In this document: in pieces, positions 61,163 to 64,000 of the stretch
Numbering within the stretch: position 1 is the first letter of the stretch
Layout: each line of letters starts with the position of its first letter
From: Kiritimatiellia bacterium
GTDB taxonomy: Bacteria > Verrucomicrobiota > Kiritimatiellia > RFP12 > JBMNHG01
NCBI GenBank assembly: GCA_050950285.1
Contig: JBMNHG010000003.1
Span: 616,337-680,336 of the forward strand
Direction of reading: 5' to 3'
DNA: 64,000 nt
Notes under the pieces: model-generated
Database searches by the model: none
Told to the model about the DNA's origin: nothing
Seen by the model: the letters and a program-made list of their open reading frames with translations, nothing else
Translations under genes and position numbers: made by a program

Positions 61163-61641
61163 ACGCCCGCCGCTACGTCTGGCACAAGCAGGCCTTGTTC
61201 AAGGGGCGCAGCTGGGCGTACGGCACCACATGGGCGGGCTGGGGGTTCTGGGAGCACTATGTGGGCGACGACTGGGTCAAGGCCTATACCAAGGCACAGG
61301 CCAACGCGCTGACGGAGGACGAACTCCGCACCGCGCCCGTCTTCCGCCACAACCCCGACGAAATGTTTTCCTCGAACATCGTCGCGGAGGTGCGGAACAA
61401 CCTGCTGGCAAGGGGAATACCGGAGCTGTCGTTTCCGATAGGGTATACGAATGTTGCCAAACTCAACACGTATGGCACTACCGTCCGTAACTTCGATGTG
61501 AACCTTTTCGCATTCCGTCGAGACGACGAGGCTTGGCCGCAGCGAAACATCACGTATGGAAATGCACCTGAAGCATGGTTGCGCTGGTTGCACACAGACT
61601 TGATCACGGGATGTACAGTCGTTTCGCGAAGAAACGCGTAA
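61159..61641 (+). pseudogene. Truncated third hydrolase C-terminal cassette
   Basis: GTGA overlap with immunity 2; begins at the 246-bp repeat; lacks HG and GxSxG; diverges right after WLHTDLI; no partner gene follows. Confidence 0.7.
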
Positions 61642-61784
61642 GCGCAGCATACTACGAACCCCAGATGAAATAACCCGCGCGGCGGGCGCGCCGGCTCACG
61701 ATTCCTGACACCGGTTTCGCGAATGGCCTCAAGGCGCGGCACGGGATTGTCCGGTTGCAATGCCTGCAGGCAACAACCGCGCTT

Positions 61785-62729
61785 TTACTTGGGCGGCATC
61801 ATCTCTTCCTCGGTCGCCAGACGCACGGAGACGGTGACAGGCAGCCTGTCTCCCGCCGGTTTGCCGGTCTCCAGGATGACAGTCACGCAGTATTTGTCCA
61901 CATAGAGAACGTATTCCCGCGAGTTGTCGCTCGTGATTACAGGTCCTTGCCTGATGTACGACAGGTATTCCCCGAAGGCGACACCGCCATCGGGCAACTG
62001 GATTTCCTCGCTTTCGAGTCTCTTGAAAGGCTCTTCTCCGTAGTGGAAGACAAGGCCGGACTCTTCCATGATCGCGGCGATGCCTTTGGCTCTGGCGCAC
62101 CACAAGGCCACCGACCTTTCCCCATTGGGCAGCCGAAGGATGCACGCCTTCCCCGGGGAGAGGAGCATCTCTTGCGAGAAAGGGAGCTCGGTGGGATGGA
62201 TCTCTTCAGCTGCCAGGGTCTTGGCAAGCCGATAGCACCGGGGAACAAGCCAAACAAGGAATGCGATGCCTGCGACGGCGGCTCCGACGATTGCCCGGCC
62301 GCGTGCAGTCTTCTTGCGTCTTGCGCGTCGCTCCTCCCGAGACATCTCGCGGGGGTCTGGCGCTCCGCCAACAAGATTGCGCACTGCCAAGACAATCGAA
62401 ACGAGGAGAACCGGGATCTCGACAAGGAACAGCATCCCCCCGCCGCTTCCAAAGACCAGACGGGAGAGAAACAGGAACGTGACCAAGACGAAGATCGTCT
62501 TCCGAAGGTAAAGGTTCGCTTTCCAGCAGAAGACACACGAGATCGCGAAGCCGAGCACCCATGTCCCATCGGCCAGGTAATGCCACAAAGCGTACGGTGG
62601 GTGTTGCATATGGCCACCCATGCAGACATGCAGGGTGCCGCAGAGTACGTACAGCGGCACTGCAACCAAGAGAGAAGTGCCCACGAGTCTGCGCCACGCA
62701 TCTTTGCTGGAAGATCCGGACGCCGTCAT
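61785..62729 (-). CDS. Hypothetical membrane protein (about 5 TM helices plus a soluble C-terminal domain)
   Basis: Hydrophobic N-terminal half; purine-rich RBS-like sequence before MTASG; lower GC than the core genes. Confidence 0.55.
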   Translation of the reverse strand: MTASGSSSKDAWRRLVGTSLLVAVPLYVLCGTLHVCMGGHMQHPPYALWHYLADGTWVLGFAISCVFCWKANLYLRKTIFVLVTFLFLSRLVFGSGGGMLFLVEIPVLLVSIVLAVRNLVGGAPDPREMSREERRARRKKTARGRAIVGAAVAGIAFLVWLVPRCYRLAKTLAAEEIHPTELPFSQEMLLSPGKACILRLPNGERSVALWCARAKGIAAIMEESGLVFHYGEEPFKRLESEEIQLPDGGVAFGEYLSYIRQGPVITSDNSREYVLYVDKYCVTVILETGKPAGDRLPVTVSVRLATEEEMMPPK

Positions 62730-63064
62730 TCCTTTCCCCTCATTCCCCGACAGTAGACGGGTGGCCGGACACAATCCACTGGATGGCTGGACATGTTGCC
62801 CATGAGGAGAAGATTAGCCCTCCTCCGGGGGCGGGTACAAGCAGAGATGTTGTGGGTGGTCGGATTGATTGGGGCGACCGGGTTGACGGAGCGGATGGTG
62901 GTGACCCCGGAAAACCGCCATCGCGACTCGACGAAACGACCTGGCGGCATGCCGCCGCGATTTCGGCGTGGACGTATTTCGGTTGTCCCATGGCGATCGT
63001 TTGCGTATCCTTATACCCATCATCCGATCGCTATCGCCTCCGCGATCCGCAAAGGAACGACAGC

Positions 63065-64000
63065 ATGGCCAAGCAACTGAACATCTTCTTCAACGTCGAA
63101 CATGCCCCCATCGGCGCGTTCGCCACCTTCACACTGGGCCACAAGGGGGCCAAGGGCGGCCTGGGCCTCGAAATGGGCAAGCCTGCGGACGAAAGCGTCT
63201 TCATCGGCCTGGAATCCGCGACGAAGCCCGGCGTGTTCGAGACGCTCCCCTTCTACGAGGGATCGGAGGACGAGGCGAAGCGCTACGACGTCTCGAAGGA
63301 GAAGGCGAAGAAGGATGCCTCGGCTCCGCGTCTGGTGGCGTTCAAGGACAAAGACATCTACCGCGAGCTCTTTCCGGCTTCCGACTCCTGGGACGCCGGC
63401 GACCTCTCCTTCACCATCTACACCCCTTGCATGGACGCCCCCGATCCGACGACGGAGGCCGATCCCGCGCTGAAACTCGCGTACATGCCCGCCGTGCTCG
63501 CCGAACTCGCCGTGGACAATTCGGCGTGCAAGCGCGACCGCGTCTGCTTCTTCGGCTACGCCGGGAAATCCGACGTGCACATGATGCGCCGTTTCGAAGG
63601 CCCCATCGCCGGCATCGCCTGCGGTCCCGCCACCGCCATCGCCTGCGCGGACGAAGGCGTCGAAAGCGCCCAGGGCTTCGACATGGAGAGCATCCTCCAG
63701 CCCGCACATCCCGACAATCGCGCCTTCGGCCTGGGCGGCACCGCCGCGCTCCTCGCCACCGTGCCCGCCGGGGAAGTGCGCACCTTCCGCTTCGCCGTGT
63801 GCTTCTATCGCGGCGGAATCGCCACATCCGGCATGCCCTGCTCCTATCTCTACACGAAATGGTTCAAATCGATCGAGGAGGTCGCGGCCTACGCCCTCGG
63901 CCACTTCGACGAGGCCGTGACCGTCTCCGCCGATGCCGCAGGGGACTTCAACCTCTCGAAGCTGAGCGCCGACCAGCGCCTGCAGTTCACCCACGCCCTC
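63065..64000 (+). CDS. Glycoside hydrolase family 52 beta-xylosidase (partial, runs off the window)
   Basis: Translated by hand: MAKQLNIFFNVEHAPIGAFATFTLGHKGAKGGLGLEMGKPADESVFIG matches the GH52 N-terminus (FFNxxHxPxGAFAxFTLG..GGL.LE); AAGGA RBS. Confidence 0.85.
   Translation, partial: MAKQLNIFFNVEHAPIGAFATFTLGHKGAKGGLGLEMGKPADESVFIGLESATKPGVFETLPFYEGSEDEAKRYDVSKEKAKKDASAPRLVAFKDKDIYRELFPASDSWDAGDLSFTIYTPCMDAPDPTTEADPALKLAYMPAVLAELAVDNSACKRDRVCFFGYAGKSDVHMMRRFEGPIAGIACGPATAIACADEGVESAQGFDMESILQPAHPDNRAFGLGGTAALLATVPAGEVRTFRFAVCFYRGGIATSGMPCSYLYTKWFKSIEEVAAYALGHFDEAVTVSADAAGDFNLSKLSADQRLQFTHAL

Noticed and set aside
59618..61415. 246-bp repeat pair as a diversity-generating retroelement TR/VR
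   Set aside because: The 9 differences are not adenine-specific (they include T/C, G/C and T/G), and there is no reverse transcriptase in the window.
61700..62800. Low-GC membrane protein gene as an integron cassette
   Set aside because: A small hairpin near 61753-61778 lacks convincing attC core sites, and no integrase is present.
62793..63994. ORFs 62793..63080 (+) and 63020..63994 (-)
   Set aside because: The first has no recognisable features; the second is antisense to the GH52 gene starting at 63065.

Overview
GC-rich bacterial chromosome segment; gene content and protein style suggest a PVC-superphylum anaerobe such as Kiritimatiellia (inference only). About 1-50 kb is mostly core genome: rpmJ-rpsM-rpsK-rpsD-rpoA-rplQ, tRNA-Glu(CTC), a Zn/Mn ABC transporter, pilC plus two prepilins, rdgB, tlyA, dxs, holA, rpmE, prfA, thrC, an ASKHA/RACo protein, ruvB, etfBA, fabZ and scpAB. 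Several large uncharacterised carbohydrate-active-like proteins are interspersed. About 50-63 kb is accessory. An IS1380-family element precedes the best candidate for a new system, a polymorphic toxin-like array. It starts with a ~1965-aa secreted protein (Ca-binding DxDGDG repeats, two duplicated domains, C-terminal Ser/His alpha/beta-hydrolase) that is translationally coupled to an exported immunity-like gene. An orphan hydrolase module with its own paralogous partner gene and a second truncated module follow. The variable low-GC unit (hydrolase tip plus partner body) is bounded by near-identical DNA arms of 246 bp and 50 bp. The window ends in a GH52 beta-xylosidase gene. Separately, at least eight genes have a -10 box only 7-10 nt before the ATG, suggesting frequent leaderless transcripts. 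All calls were made by eye; no searches were run.
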